Positions 1 to 12,110 of a stretch of 64,000 bases of DNA are shown one piece after another. Source of the stretch: Macrostomum hystrix (taxonomy: Eukaryota; Animalia; Platyhelminthes); assembly GCA_950097015.1 (NCBI GenBank), contig CATNEN010000001.1:16306001-16370000 (forward strand). Reading direction: 5' to 3'. Below the pieces are notes generated by a model, which saw nothing but the letters and a program-made list of their open reading frames with translations, did not search any database and had not been told where the DNA came from. Positions within the stretch are counted from its first letter, which is position 1. Every line of letters starts with the position of its first letter. Position numbers and translations under genes: made by a program.

Positions 1-57
1 GATTTTTATGATTATTTATCACCAAGATTGTAGTTGTCAGCTTTAATTTTCGCTCAC

Positions 58-1875
58 CTGAAGCGATGGCGGTTCGTACCTCGAACAGAGATAGCAGGCT
101 CAGGGTGGCCACGTGCGGCTTGGACCAACGCTCGCCGCCCTCTTCGACGTCCTCTTCGAATTTGATCCATCTGGCAGTCTCCTTCCACACCGGCTCGCCT
201 GGTTAGGATTCAGTTTAATCGTTGCCATTGGTTTACACAATGAATTTTCCAAAAATTAAAAGGTCAGTATATCATCGAATCTCAAACAAATTTAAACCAT
301 TTTCGCTGCATTTCACGCATCAGTAAAATTCGCACCAGAACTAGTTAGAAATCTAGCTTCCCTGCCTCACCTGTGCAGTCCCAGCCTCACCTGTGCACTC
401 CCAGCCTCACCTGTGCAGTCCCAGCCTCACCTGTGCAGTCCCAGCCTCACCTGTGCAGTCCCAGCCTCACCTGTGCAGTCCCAGCCTCACCTGTGCAGTC
501 CCATCCTCACCTGTGCAGTCCCATCCTCACCTGTGCAGTCCCAGCCTCACCTGTGCAGTCCCAGCCTCACCTGTGCAGTCCCAGCCTCACCTGTGCAGTC
601 CAGTTCGTTCATCTGGCAGAAGAGAGGCCGAATGTCGTCACTGGCGCCGGCACCTCCGTCGTCATCATTGTCCTGATTGCCCAGCAGAAATTGCACCCTC
701 AGTGAAGGATCTACGTGGGAGGTCTCTGTAATGAAGAAAATTTATAAAACTTGTTTTTTTTTATTGCCTAATTTTTTCGCGTCAATTTAAACTGACGTCA
801 AATTTATCATGAAAGCATTTTTTAGTTACCTCCAGAAACAGCAGGTGATCCAGTGCCCTTGCCAGCCACACTGGCTGCCATATTGCCGAAGCCTTCAAAT
901 TTGTTAGAAATGAAATTTAGCGCCAATTCAAACGGAGATAAGTTATCATTTGTTTAATTCTATTACATTGTCAACGCTTGGGTTATTATTGCTTACTCGG
1001 TGGCGCATCACCTCCCATCTCGTCGCTTTCTTGAAGAACAGACACTGGAAAGCACAGGCATGCGATTTGGGAACGTTTTTAAATTCCTAGATTTGTAATC
1101 GGTTATTCATTGCAAATCTGTCAATTTTGCCTACGAGGACTAAACCGGAAAACCGACAAGACAATTAGAAAGTCTGAGAATTAGAAAGGCCTACAGCTGG
1201 GGGTGAGTGGCAAAGCGGTTAACGCGTTTGCCTCTCGCACCAAGGTCCCTGAGTTCGATTCCGCGGCGAGGCCACATTCATTTGAGGTGCAGCCTCGGAG
1301 AGAAGGCTTGGGGGCTTGTCGTGCAATTTACGCCCTTGAGGGCAAACCTCCAAGGCACAGTGAGAGTGTACACTGCCTGACGATGAGAAAGTCAGGGCAG
1401 GTGTACACACCTGTGCGCGTGTGTGCTCAGGAGTCAGCGCAATGGGCAGAATTGCCTCCTCGCTGGCTGCGGGTCTAGTGTCACCAAATGATGTGCCCTC
1501 AGCTCTTCTGCCTGGGCACACACGCACACAGGTGTGAATTTCTCATCGTCAGATTGGGTGCTTTATCCGCTCAACCACACTTATCTATTGTGGAACAATC
1601 GGAGACAAACGTAGGCTAGTATTCTCACTAGTAGATGGCTGCTGCTGCTGCTGCGGCCGAGTCTTCTTGGTCCTGCGTCGAGCTCTCCGCTGTTGCTCCT
1701 GCTGCAGCGTCTTCTGCCTATCTCCGCCGGGCACCCGCACGCCGATGAGCAATGTCCGGTGCCCCACATCGCCGCCGCCAACGGGCAGTGACCGGTGCTC
1801 CTCGAAGTCCTGCAGCTGCTGCGGCCGGTGAGACGAGCCCACCATCGGGTCCAGGACGGGATCCGTGCCGGACAT
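58..1875 (-). CDS. SLC4 family bicarbonate transporter (NBC/NDCBE/NDAE1-like), N-terminal exons; gene continues off the left edge
   Basis: Minus-strand exons 1875-1629 ([12 protein letters not shown]), probable small exons ~1045-997 and 892-830, then 725-591 ([10 protein letters not shown]...[11 protein letters not shown]) and 198-58 ([35 protein letters not shown], the hallmark SLC4 motif). Introns are GT-AG, phase 1. The start is uncertain; a further upstream exon may lie at ~4209-4278. Confidence 0.9.
361..601 (-). repeat. 20-bp minisatellite (~12 copies) made of the SLC4 exon-end/donor junction
   Basis: Sense unit GGACTGCACAG|GTGAGGCTG; the first copy is the real exon end at 591/590. Confidence 0.95.
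1195..1535 (+). mobile_element. tRNA-derived SINE, family A (in SLC4 intron)
   Basis: A-box-like TGGCAAAGCGG and B-box GAGTTCGATTC. Body segments recur at ~4710-4795, ~11890-12110 (inverted) and ~38385-38490. Confidence 0.7.
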
Positions 1876-2996
1876 CTGGAGGGCTGCGAGTTCCACCGGT
1901 TCTGCTTTCACGGATCTCACAGACACACTACGATCGATTTCCCTTTTCCTTTCCACTCAGTCCGAGCTGCTGCTCACCCTCTACTCGTAGCAGCCCGGAG
2001 TACACTTTCCACTGTGAAAGCTAATTCACAAGAATGTGATTTCACCAATCGAACAAGTATAAATTGTACTCACTTTGCAAATGCCCCGGACGAATCGATA
2101 AAATACGCTATCGCAATGTGCTAAGGAACTTTAACGCGATCTATAAAAGAAATATTTTATAGTGGAGAAATCGAGAACGCGAGCTGCTTAAATGAGTTTC
2201 TCTCCTCCACTGGAGTGACTGCAGCAACAGCCAATAGCAGCGTGCCAAAATCTGCAGCAAGACATTTCATTCTGTTGTGTTACTGAAAGTTCACGCGGCA
2301 GAACATGAATGAACACCATTTAGTGGGTGTATTTTTGTTCTCTCTCTCTAGCTCAGGTCAGCTACAGGACTCTTGTATCACGTTGATTGTCAAGCCAGCA
2401 GACACGAAGCCTGCAGATACGAGCGTATCTGCTATCTGGGGACCTTTCAAGATCCTCCGAGTTCGCCAGTGCTGTGGGAACACTTGCTAACCCTGCTTCT
2501 TATCTAATCTAGCCGGTTGGCTTTTAAAAAGGCCGGTTCCATATGGTTTTAGAATGACTGTAGGACCCGGTGCTTGCAGGTGAAGCATTTTCTGGTGAAG
2601 ACTGACTCATTGCAGTGTTTAAAGTCAGAAATTATGTCTATTTAGTTCTTTCAACAGTAGAAAAACCACGGGGTATTTCAAATACCCGCACTTTTATTGT
2701 TCTGTTTCTGCCAAGAAAATCCAGATCCGCTCTGTACGATGAAACAACTTCCAGAATCACAAAACGTCGGCATCGTCTAGATATTCAACGATTGAACCAA
2801 TCATTGAATCATTGTCAACTGCGAGTATTTTGGATTGATTACGAGCGTATTTGAATTTTTTGTTGAACCAATACGGATTCACCAACGAAGTTTATACAAA
2901 GCAATGTCACTTGTCCTTGTCACCAGTTCTTCGTCAAGAATCGCTGAATATCTCGACGATGCTGACTCGGACGGTTTTGAAAGTTGGTTCATCGCA

Positions 2997-3525
2997 AGGG
3001 GGTGAGTGGGTTAGCGGCTAATGTCGCTGCCTAACTTTCCAATGGTTGCTGGTTCGTTCCTCCCTCCAAGTCACGATTATTTCGGGGCTTAGTTGGAGGC
3101 TTGCGAAGTAGTGACTTGCGGAGATGCACCTTATTCTGTGCAACCAAAGCTAATTTAAAATAGCTTAACCCCTGCCTTCTGCATGTCTGCTTTGTGCTTT
3201 GGGCTTGTGCTTTGGGCCGGGTGTGAGGCGTTGTATGGGGTGGGGCGGGTGTGCACCAATGTGTACTCTCGTCCCTGCCCTTCAGGCATCTAAGTCCTCC
3301 CCTGGTTTGGTCTGCTCTGTGCGTGTGCGGGCCTGGGGTGAGAGGCACTCCGGCTGCCGCCCCCTTCTCCGATTGGCTTGCGGCTGTGTGTGAGGTGCCT
3401 GTGTCCAGGGGTCCAGATGGCGCGATGGGCGACTCCCGCCTAGTTCGTCGGCCTGGGGGCATGCCGTTCCTGCGCTTGTGCGTCAATTGCCCCAGGCCCC
3501 CTGTAAATAAGTAAGTAAAGTAGTT
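2997..3525 (+). mobile_element. Possible second tRNA-headed SINE-like element
   Basis: The head GGGGGTGAGTGGGTTAGCGG resembles the family A head; B-box-like GGTTCGTTCC; ends in a (GTAA)n-like tail. Confidence 0.35.
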
Positions 3526-4338
3526 CATCGTAAAGGGCGGAAACTTTTAATTAACAGTAGGACTACCAAGCCATTTTGCCGCCCGTTTTTATATCAAGGG
3601 GGGGGGGAATTTATCCTGAAATCCCCCCCCTGACAATTTTTTTGCTGCACCCGAACGGAACAATGCAAGCACACGAAACTCAAGAACACGGGCCAAATTT
3701 TTGTTGCGCATCTTCTGAAACAAGAAACAAGTCGCCAGCTCTTCAGATTGTCGAGATATTCAATGTTTCTGGCCGAAGGCCCGATTTTTCCCATAAGAGC
3801 TAGTGTATATCATACATCCCTATACACGAATTTGTTATGTGGTCTCACCATAGTTAAACACCTGTATCTATTGAATATGATGTTTGTTTGTGTGTTTTTT
3901 TGTTGCACTGGGTGTGTTGGCAGACTGTGTTTCTGTTCCAACATGTATATTTAAATTGCATGTATGTACACGTGCTTTAACTTGAGCTAGGTGCAATACT
4001 GTCTCTCAGGGCAGAACTCAAATGAACTCAATTTCGCAAGCAGTTTACCTGACAAACCACAGCTAAACTATGCGCTATTACCGATATCATTATTTGGCAA
4101 TAAAAGCCAGTTATAAATGTGTTTTCAGTGTGAGAATTTAACAGTGATAAAACAGCAGAAGCAGGTGCAGCAGCAGCAGCGACAGACAAGACACGAACCA
4201 GAACTCACCCCAGTGAGCGCGAATAAGTTCCTCCATATCAGTTTGCAAATTGTGCCAGCATAAAATACAATGCTGGACCTGGAATCATTTTATCAGTTTG
4301 TGAGTAAACTTTAAAGCTGCTTAGAGCGATTAGAGTCT

Positions 4339-4558
4339 AATGCAGAATATAACATGGTTTATGCAGAATATAACATGGTTTATGCAGAATATAACATGGT
4401 TTATGCAGAATATAACATGGTTTATGCAGAATATAACATGGTTTATGCAGAATATAACATGGTTTATGCAGAATATAACATGGTTTATGCAGAATATAAC
4501 ATGGTTTATGCAGAATATAACATGGTTTATGCAGAATATAACATGGTTTATGCAGAAT
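4339..4558. repeat. 21-bp minisatellite (~10 copies)
   Basis: Perfect repeats of ATGCAGAATATAACATGGTTT. Confidence 0.95.
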
Positions 4559-4709
4559 AAAAAGCATTATTTTTATAGTGAATTTGCTAGAGGCATTGCA
4601 CTACCTTAAGTAGTATGTTGAACCTTATTTAACATATTTTCTTTCCGTGCAGTAACGACTGAATATTAAATGCCAAAGCTATTCTATAACATTTAATACA
4701 CTAATGCAG

Positions 4710-4795
4710 CCTGTACAGATGAGCACACCTGTGTGTGTGCGTGTGTGCTCAGGAGTCAGCCGAGTCAGGGGAAGAATTGCCTTCACCCACTGGCA
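4710..4795 (+). mobile_element. SINE family A 3' fragment
   Basis: CACACCTGTGTGTGTGCGTGTGTGCTCAGGAGTCAGC matches ~1405-1440. Confidence 0.55.
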
Positions 4796-5268
4796 CTGTG
4801 CTACTAATACTGTCACTAATGTGCAATTATAAAGCTTGACAGAGTACGAAAATCAGGTTTTGTAAAATAAGGTTTCTTAGAAACTTAAAGTACATTCGGT
4901 GTCTGAAGTACGCTTAGAACTTATTATTATTATTTCCCAAGATAATTAGTCTAATTAAAGTACTCAGGAATATTTAGCTTTATCTGAGACCCTCAAACAA
5001 ATAGGGCTAGAGGGAATCAGAGATAGAGAGAATTAGAGATAGAGAGAATTAGAGATAGAGGGAATTAGAGATAGAGAGAGTGCACGAGGCGAGTGTTTGA
5101 AAGCAGCCTAACAGTCTCAGGTGTGCTCAATTTGTACATCAAGAAGCAGACTAAATTTTCTGTCCAAAAATTGTGCGAGAATATAAACTAGCAGGCCAGC
5201 AGCGAGAACACAGTTATTTTGTTTGACAATATTACAATCTAAAAATATTTAATAAACAACTTCTGACT

Positions 5269-8200
5269 ATGAACGGATTGGTGGATTGGACAGCGCCAAC
5301 ACCAGCGACTTTGGCAGCCATCATTGCCAGCTTCACCGCGTGGCTACTGTTCAGGAGGTTGAGTACACTGCTCAGACTGCCACCAGGACCAACGGGCATG
5401 CCTCTGCTTGGCTACCTGCCCTGGATTGATAGGAATAATTCCCATCGAACCTACCTGTCCTTGTCCAAGCGATACGGGGATATTTTCTCCTTCCAATTGG
5501 GCAGCCGAACTGTCATAGGCCTGGCTTCGTATGAGCTCATCAAGGAAGCCTTTGCTCAGCCGCTGTTCTCAGGCCGACTGCCCAGCAGGTAACCCCGCTC
5601 AATAATCGCTCATTGTAGTTTGACAATTACATTAATCTAGTCTAACAGGTAGATCAATCTAGTCTAACAGGTAGATCAATCTAGTCTAACAGGTAGATCA
5701 ATCTAGTCTAACAGGTAGATCAATCTAGTCTAACAGGTAGATCAATCTAGTCTAACAGCTAGATCAATCTAGTCTAACAGGTAGATCAATCTAGTCTAAC
5801 AGCTAGATCAATCTAGTCTAACAGGTAGATCAATCTAGTCTAACAGGTAGATCAATCTAGTCTAACAGCTAGATCAATCTAGTCTAACAGGTAGATCAAT
5901 AAAGCGTCAAAAGCAGAACAGTCTGTAATTTTAAGCACTTACTCAATTTATCAAGAAATCGTGGCAGCAGTAACTGATGGATGCGAAAATTCCCAAATTA
6001 GATGGACAGCTTAATATATGGCATTTTGAATCTTTTTCTCAACTACTTAAGTTCAGACTGTTCGAATAGTAAAATGATGTTCAATTGAAATGCAATTCAT
6101 GTTTTAACTGTCATGTTTTATTGATTGAATTTTATATTGACGACTAACATTTTGTGCCCTATTAGATTGCTCTGCCACAAACTTTTAGGTTTAAAAAAAA
6201 TTATCCAGACATAGTAGGAGGCTGCATTTTCTTCTAGTAATCCTGTCTAACATCCAGTCTAACATCCAGTCTAACATCCTGTCTAACATCCTGTCTAACA
6301 TCCAGTCTAACATCCAGTCTAACATCCTGTCTAACATCCTGTCTAACATCCTGTCTAACATCCTGTCTAACATCCAGTCTAACATCCTGTCTAACATCCA
6401 GTCTAACATCCTGTCTAACATCCAGTCTAACATCCAGTCTAACATCCTGTCTAACATCCAGTCTAACATCCAGTCTAACATCCAGTCTAACATCCAGTCT
6501 AACATCCTGTCTAACATCCTGTCTAACATCCTGTCTAACATCCAGTCTAACATCCTGTCTAACATCCAGTCTAACATCCTGTCTAACATCCAGTCTAACA
6601 TCCAGTCTAACATCCTGTCTAACATCCAGTCTAACATCCTGTCTAACATCCTGTCTAACATCCAGTCTAACATCCAGTCTAACATCCAGTCTAACATCCA
6701 GTCTAACATCCTGTCTAACATCCTGTCTAACATACAGTCTAACATCCAGTCTAACATCCTGTCTAACATACAGTCTAACATCCAGTCTAACATCCTGTCT
6801 AACATACAGTCTAACATCCAGTCTAACATCCTGTCTAACATACAGTCTAACATCCAGTCTAACATCCAGTCTAACATCCAGTCTAACATCCTCTCTAACA
6901 TCCAGTCTAACATCCAGTCTAACATCCAGTCTAACATCCTCTCTAACATCCAGTCTAACATCCTCTCTAACATCCAGTCTAACATCCTGTCTAACATCCT
7001 GTCTAACATCCAGTCTAACATCCAGTCTAACATCCAGTCTAACATCCTGTCTAACATCCTGTCTAACATCCTGTCTAACATACAGTCTAACATCCAGTCT
7101 AACATCCAGTCTAACATCCAGTCTAACATCCTCTCTAACATCCAGTCTAACATCCAGTCTAACATCCAGTCTAACATCCTCTCTAACATCCAGTCTAACA
7201 TCCTGTCTAACATCCAGTCTAACATCCAGTCTAACATCCAGTCTAACATCCAGTCTAACATCCTGTCTAACATCCTGTCTAACATCCAGTCTAACATCCT
7301 GTCTAACATCCTGTCTAACATACAGTCTAACATCCAGTCTACCATCCTGTCTAACATCCAGTCTAACATCCAGTCTAACATCCTGTCTAACATCCAGTCT
7401 AACATCCTGTCTAACATCCAGTCTAACATCCTGTCTAACATCCAGTCTAACATCCAGTCTAACATCCAGTCTAACATCCTGTCTAACATCCAGTCTAACA
7501 TCCAGTCTAACATCCTGTCTAACATCCAGTCTAACATCCTGTCTAACATCCAGTCTAACAGCCTGTCTAACATCCTGTCTAACATCCTGTCTAACATCCA
7601 GTCTAACATCCAGTCTAACATCCAGTCTAACATCCAGTCTAACATCCAGTCTAACATCCAGTCTAACATCCTGTCTAACATCCAGTCTAACATCCAGTCT
7701 AACATCCAGTCTACCATCCTGTCTAACATCCAGTCTAACATCCAGTCTAACATCCAGTCTAACATCCTGTCTAACATCCTGTCTAACATCCAGTCTAACA
7801 TCCAGTCTAACATCCAGTCTAACATCCAGTCTAACATCCAGTCTAACATCCAGTCTAACATCCTCTCTAACATCCAGTCTAACATCCAGTCTAACATCCA
7901 GTCTACCATCCTGTCTAACATCCAGTCTAACATCCAGTCTAACATCCAGTCTAACATCCAGTCTAACATCCAGTCTAACATCCAGTCTAACATCCAGTCT
8001 AACATCCTCTCTAACATCCAGTCTAACATCCAGTCTAACATCCAGTCTACCATCCTGTCTAACATCCTGTCTAACATCCAGTCTAACATCCAGTCTACCA
8101 TCCTGTCTAACATCCAGTCTAACATCCTCTCTAACATCCAGTCTAACATCCTCTCTAACATCCAGTCTAACATCCTGTCTAACATCCAGTCTAACATCCA

Positions 8201-11200
8201 GTCTAACATCCAGTCTAACATCCTGTCTAACATCCAGTCTAACGCATCGCAGGTTTGTTCGCCGTATGACCAGGGGCTGTGGAATTCTATTCGCGGAGGG
8301 CGAATCTTGGTCTCGCCAGCGAACATTCAGCCTGAAGTTCCTGAAGAGTGTTGGGTTCGCCAAGGCGGAGTCGGCTAAGCAGATCTCGCAGGAGCTGGCG
8401 GGCTTGACACAGCGGCTGGACAAGCTGGCTTCCGTTGAGCAGGCCGTCACCACCATCGACTTGCTCACTCCGGCGGTCAACAGTGTCATCGCCCGCCTGA
8501 CCCTTGGACAGGCCTACGCTGATGAGGACCCTAATTACAGAGCTTACATTCAGGCTTTTGATGAGTACACCAGGTTTGTAGTGTGTTCTAATTCGCAACT
8601 CACTACTGTCCAACAGGATTCCCTACTGTCCAACAGGATTCCCTACTGTCCAACAGGATTCCCTACTGTCCAACAGGATTCCCTACTGTCCAACAGGATT
8701 CCCTACTGTCCAACAGGATTCCCTACTGTCCAACAGGATTCCCTACTGTCCAACAGGATTCCCTACTGTCCAACAGGATTCCCTACTGTCCAACAGGATT
8801 CCCTACTGTCCAACAGGATTCCCTACTGTGCAACAGGATTCCCTACTGTCCAACAGGATTCTCAACTGTCGAACAGGATTCCCTACTGTCCAACAGGATT
8901 CCCTACTGTCCAACAGGATTCCCAACTGTCCAACAGGATTCCCTACTGTCCAACAGGATTCCCTACTGTCCAACAGGATTCCCTACTGTGCAACAGGATT
9001 CCCTACTGTCCAACAGGATTCTCAACTGTCGAACAGGATTCCCTACTGTCGAACAGGATTCCCTACTGTCCAACAGGATTCCCAACTGTCCAACAGGATT
9101 CCCTACTGTCCAACAGGATTCCCTACTGTCCAACAGGATTCCCTACTGTCCAACAGGATTCCCTACTGTCCAACAGGATTCCTTACTGTCCAACAGGATT
9201 CTCAACTGTCCAACAGGATTCCTTACTGTCCAACAGGATTCTCAACTGTCCAACAGGATTCCCTACTGTCTAACAGGATTTCCAAGTGTCTAACAGGATT
9301 CCCTACTGTCCAACAGGATTCCCTACTGTCCAACAGGATTCCCTACTGTCCAACAGGATTCCCTACTGTCCAACAGGATTCCCTACTGTCCAACAGGATT
9401 CCCTACTGTCTAACAGGATTCCCTACTGTCTAACAGGATTCCCTACTGTCCAACAGGATTCCCTACTGTCCAACAGGATTCCCTACTGTCCAACAGGATT
9501 CCCTACTGTCCAACAGGATTCCCTACTGTCCAACAGGATTCCCTACTGTCCAACAGGATTCCCTACTGTCCAACAGGATTCCATACTGTCCAACAGGATT
9601 CCCTACTGTCCAACAGGATTCCCTACTGTCCAACAGGATTCCCTACTGTCCAACAGGATTCCCTACTGTCTAACAGGATTCCCTACTGTCCAACAGGATT
9701 CCCTACTGTCCAACAGGATTCCCTACTGTCCAACAGGATTCCCTACTGTCCAACAGGATTCCCTACTGTGCAACAGGATTCCCTACTGTCCAACAGGATT
9801 CTCAACTGTCGAACAGGATTCCCTACTGTCCAACAGGATTCCCTACTGTCCAACAGGATTCCCAACTGTCCAACAGGATTCCCTACTGTCCAACAGGATT
9901 CCCTACTGTCCAACAGGATTCCCTACTGTCCAACAGGATTCCCTACTGTCCAACAGGATTCCTTACTGTCCAACAGGATTCTCAACTGTCCAACAGGATT
10001 CCTTACTGTCCAACAGGATTCTCAACTGTCCAACAGGATTCCCTACTGTCTAACAGGATTTCCAAGTGTCTAACAGGATTCCCTACTGTCTAACAGGATT
10101 GCTAACTGTCTTACAGGATTTCCAAGTGTCTAACAGGATTCCTAGCTGTCTAACAGGATTCCCTACTGTATTAACAGGATTCCTAATTGTCTAACAGGAC
10201 TCCCAACTGTCTAACAGTAATGACAGCATCAGAGCGAATTTTATTGCAGGCTGATGAACCCGTTGCCGATGCTGTTCCCATTTATCGACAAAATCTTCCA
10301 CCGCACCAAAACTGCCAAAGAGATCCAACGCCGTTTCGACGTCATGTACAACTTTGTCGACGGTGAAGTCAAGAAGCGTCGTCTAATCGACATCCAGGAG
10401 CCGAAGTGCCTCGCCGACGCTTACAACGCGGCCAAGGCAGAGGCCGAGGCGGCGGGCGACTTCGACACGTACAAGGACTTCCAGATTGTCCGAGTCTGCA
10501 TGGAGCTGTTCTTCGGCGGCACGGCCACGACAGCCAGATCGCTGGAGTGGATGCTGCTGTACATGGCAGCTTATCCGCAAGTGCAGGTTTGTACTTTGTA
10601 TCGTTTCTGCCCATTTCGGCTGTCCTGCTGAACACTGCGGGGCGAAGGCTAGGTCAGTTTCGGGACTTGATGTAATCACGTGGTTTCTAAAAATAGCAAC
10701 TGACGTCAGTGGCGCGCAAGACGTCACTTCTGACACTCCTAAATACGAGTATAGCACCAAGTGCAATAAACATGTGTGCTACACTTTTGAAGTCAGAGAG
10801 AGAGGCCAGCTACGTTTGACGAAACACGTGATAGCTGGCGCCAGAAAAGTACAAACAAGAAGGGGGGGAGGGAGAACAAAGAGGCGCCAACGCGGGACCG
10901 TGAGGTGATGACTCAAACCTGGAAGGGGGAGAGAAGGCACACTCAAACTGAATTTCTAATGTTTGTTTGTTCTGTTCTGTGTTGAATACTATCTATAGTT
11001 TGACGATTGCAAACTGAAACTAAATCACATGTCACCACATCCAACCAGACAAAAGTGCAGCAGGAGCTGGACCAGCTGGTGGCCAACCAGACAAAAGTGC
11101 AGCAGGAGCTGGACCAGCTGGTGGCCAACCAGACAAAAGTGCAGCAGGAGCTGGACCAGCTGGTGGCCATGGACTCAACCGAGGGTCGTCAATCAGCGGA

Positions 11201-11681
11201 CAGAGAGATCCGGCTAGAAGATCGGGACAGGCTGCACTACACCCTGGCCGTCATTGACGAATGCTATCGCTGCGTCTCGCTATCAAGCAATGGCTCCTTT
11301 CACCGGGCCCTGGAGGATACGCGGTTTCACGGCTACCTCATCCCGAAGGACGCGGCCATCATGCCGCTGGCCTATGCTGTCCATCACAGCCCGAAGTACT
11401 GGAGCCAGCCAGGCAGCTTTCACCCGGAGCACTTCCTGGACTCTAACGGTCACTACCGGGCCAGCCGGCACCTCATCCCGTTCATGATTGGCCGGCGAGC
11501 CTGCCTAGGCGAAGGTCTGGCTAGGCAGGAGATTTTCCTAATCTTCGCTAATCTCATTAGACGCTACCGGGTGCGGCTGGGACCCGACTGCAGCCACACT
11601 GATCTGAGCGCATTGCTGGAAGGCAAACTGTCACTGCTGCGCATTCCAGACAAGCACACGCTGCTGTTTGCCATGCGCTAG
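5269..11681 (+). CDS. Cytochrome P450, CYP2 clan (4 exons)
   Basis: Exons 5269-5588, 8253-8573, 10250-10586 and 11049 (or 11091/11133)-11681 join in frame. N-terminal TM anchor, LPPGP hinge, WxxxR (WSRQR), I-helix FGGTATT, ExxR (ECYR), PEHF, and heme motif FMIGRRACLG. Confidence 0.95.
5634..5900 (+). repeat. 22-bp minisatellite (~12 copies) in CYP intron 1
   Basis: Unit AATCTAGTCTAACAGGTAGATC, with some copies CAGCTAG. Confidence 0.95.
6240..8243 (+). repeat. 12-bp minisatellite (~165 copies) in CYP intron 1, abutting the acceptor
   Basis: Units TCCAGTCTAACA / TCCTGTCTAACA with minor variants; the array ends 9 nt before exon 2. Confidence 0.97.
8603..10217 (+). repeat. 20-bp minisatellite (~80 copies) filling CYP intron 2
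   Basis: Unit CCCTACTGTCCAACAGGATT; degenerates toward TGTCTAACAG at the 3' end. Confidence 0.97.
11041..11168 (+). repeat. 42-bp triple repeat spanning the CYP exon 4 acceptor
   Basis: CCAACCAG|ACAAAAGTGCAGCAGGAGCTGGACCAGCTGGTGG x3, in frame (TKVQQELDQLVANQ). Confidence 0.95.
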
Positions 11682-11889
11682 TTCAATGCCACGTTTCATT
11701 CCGAAATTTGGTGACGAGAATTTACAAAAAACTTTGCTTCACAGTCGTGTTTTTTAATCATAACTAGACCCCAGAAGAGACTAAAACTGATTGAGAACTG
11801 CTCGCGATTTCATTGCGGATTTGAATTTTTGTATTAATAACGACGGTCGTTATATTTGTAATAATAAAAATATTTGCAGTACGGCTGTT

Positions 11890-12110
11890 GGCATTGGCAC
11901 ATTATTTGGTGACAATTCTGCCTATTCCGCTGACTTCTGAGCACACACTCACACAGGTGTGTACATCTGTACTGACTTTCTCATCGTCAGGCAGTGTACA
12001 CTATCACAATTGCAGGACAAGCCTTCTCTCCGCGGCCGCGCCCCGGGCAAGTGAATGTGGCCTCGCCGCGGAATCGAGCTCAGGGACCTTGGTGCGAGAG
12101 GCAAACGGTC
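11890..12110 (-). mobile_element. SINE family A copy (inverted)
   Basis: Reverse complement of the ~1225-1450 segment, e.g. CCTCGCCGCGGAATCGAGCTCAGGGACCTTGGTGCGAGAGGCAAACG. Confidence 0.75.

Noticed and set aside
6240-8243. Binary-looking CCAG/CCTG variant pattern as an information code
   Set aside because: The pattern is explained by ordinary variant-repeat interspersion and block duplication; nothing supports a readout.
6191-10073. Long repetitive ORFs (MLDW/VRLD and QQDSLLSNRIP repeats)
   Set aside because: They are translations of intronic minisatellites of the CYP gene and are open only because the unit lacks stops.
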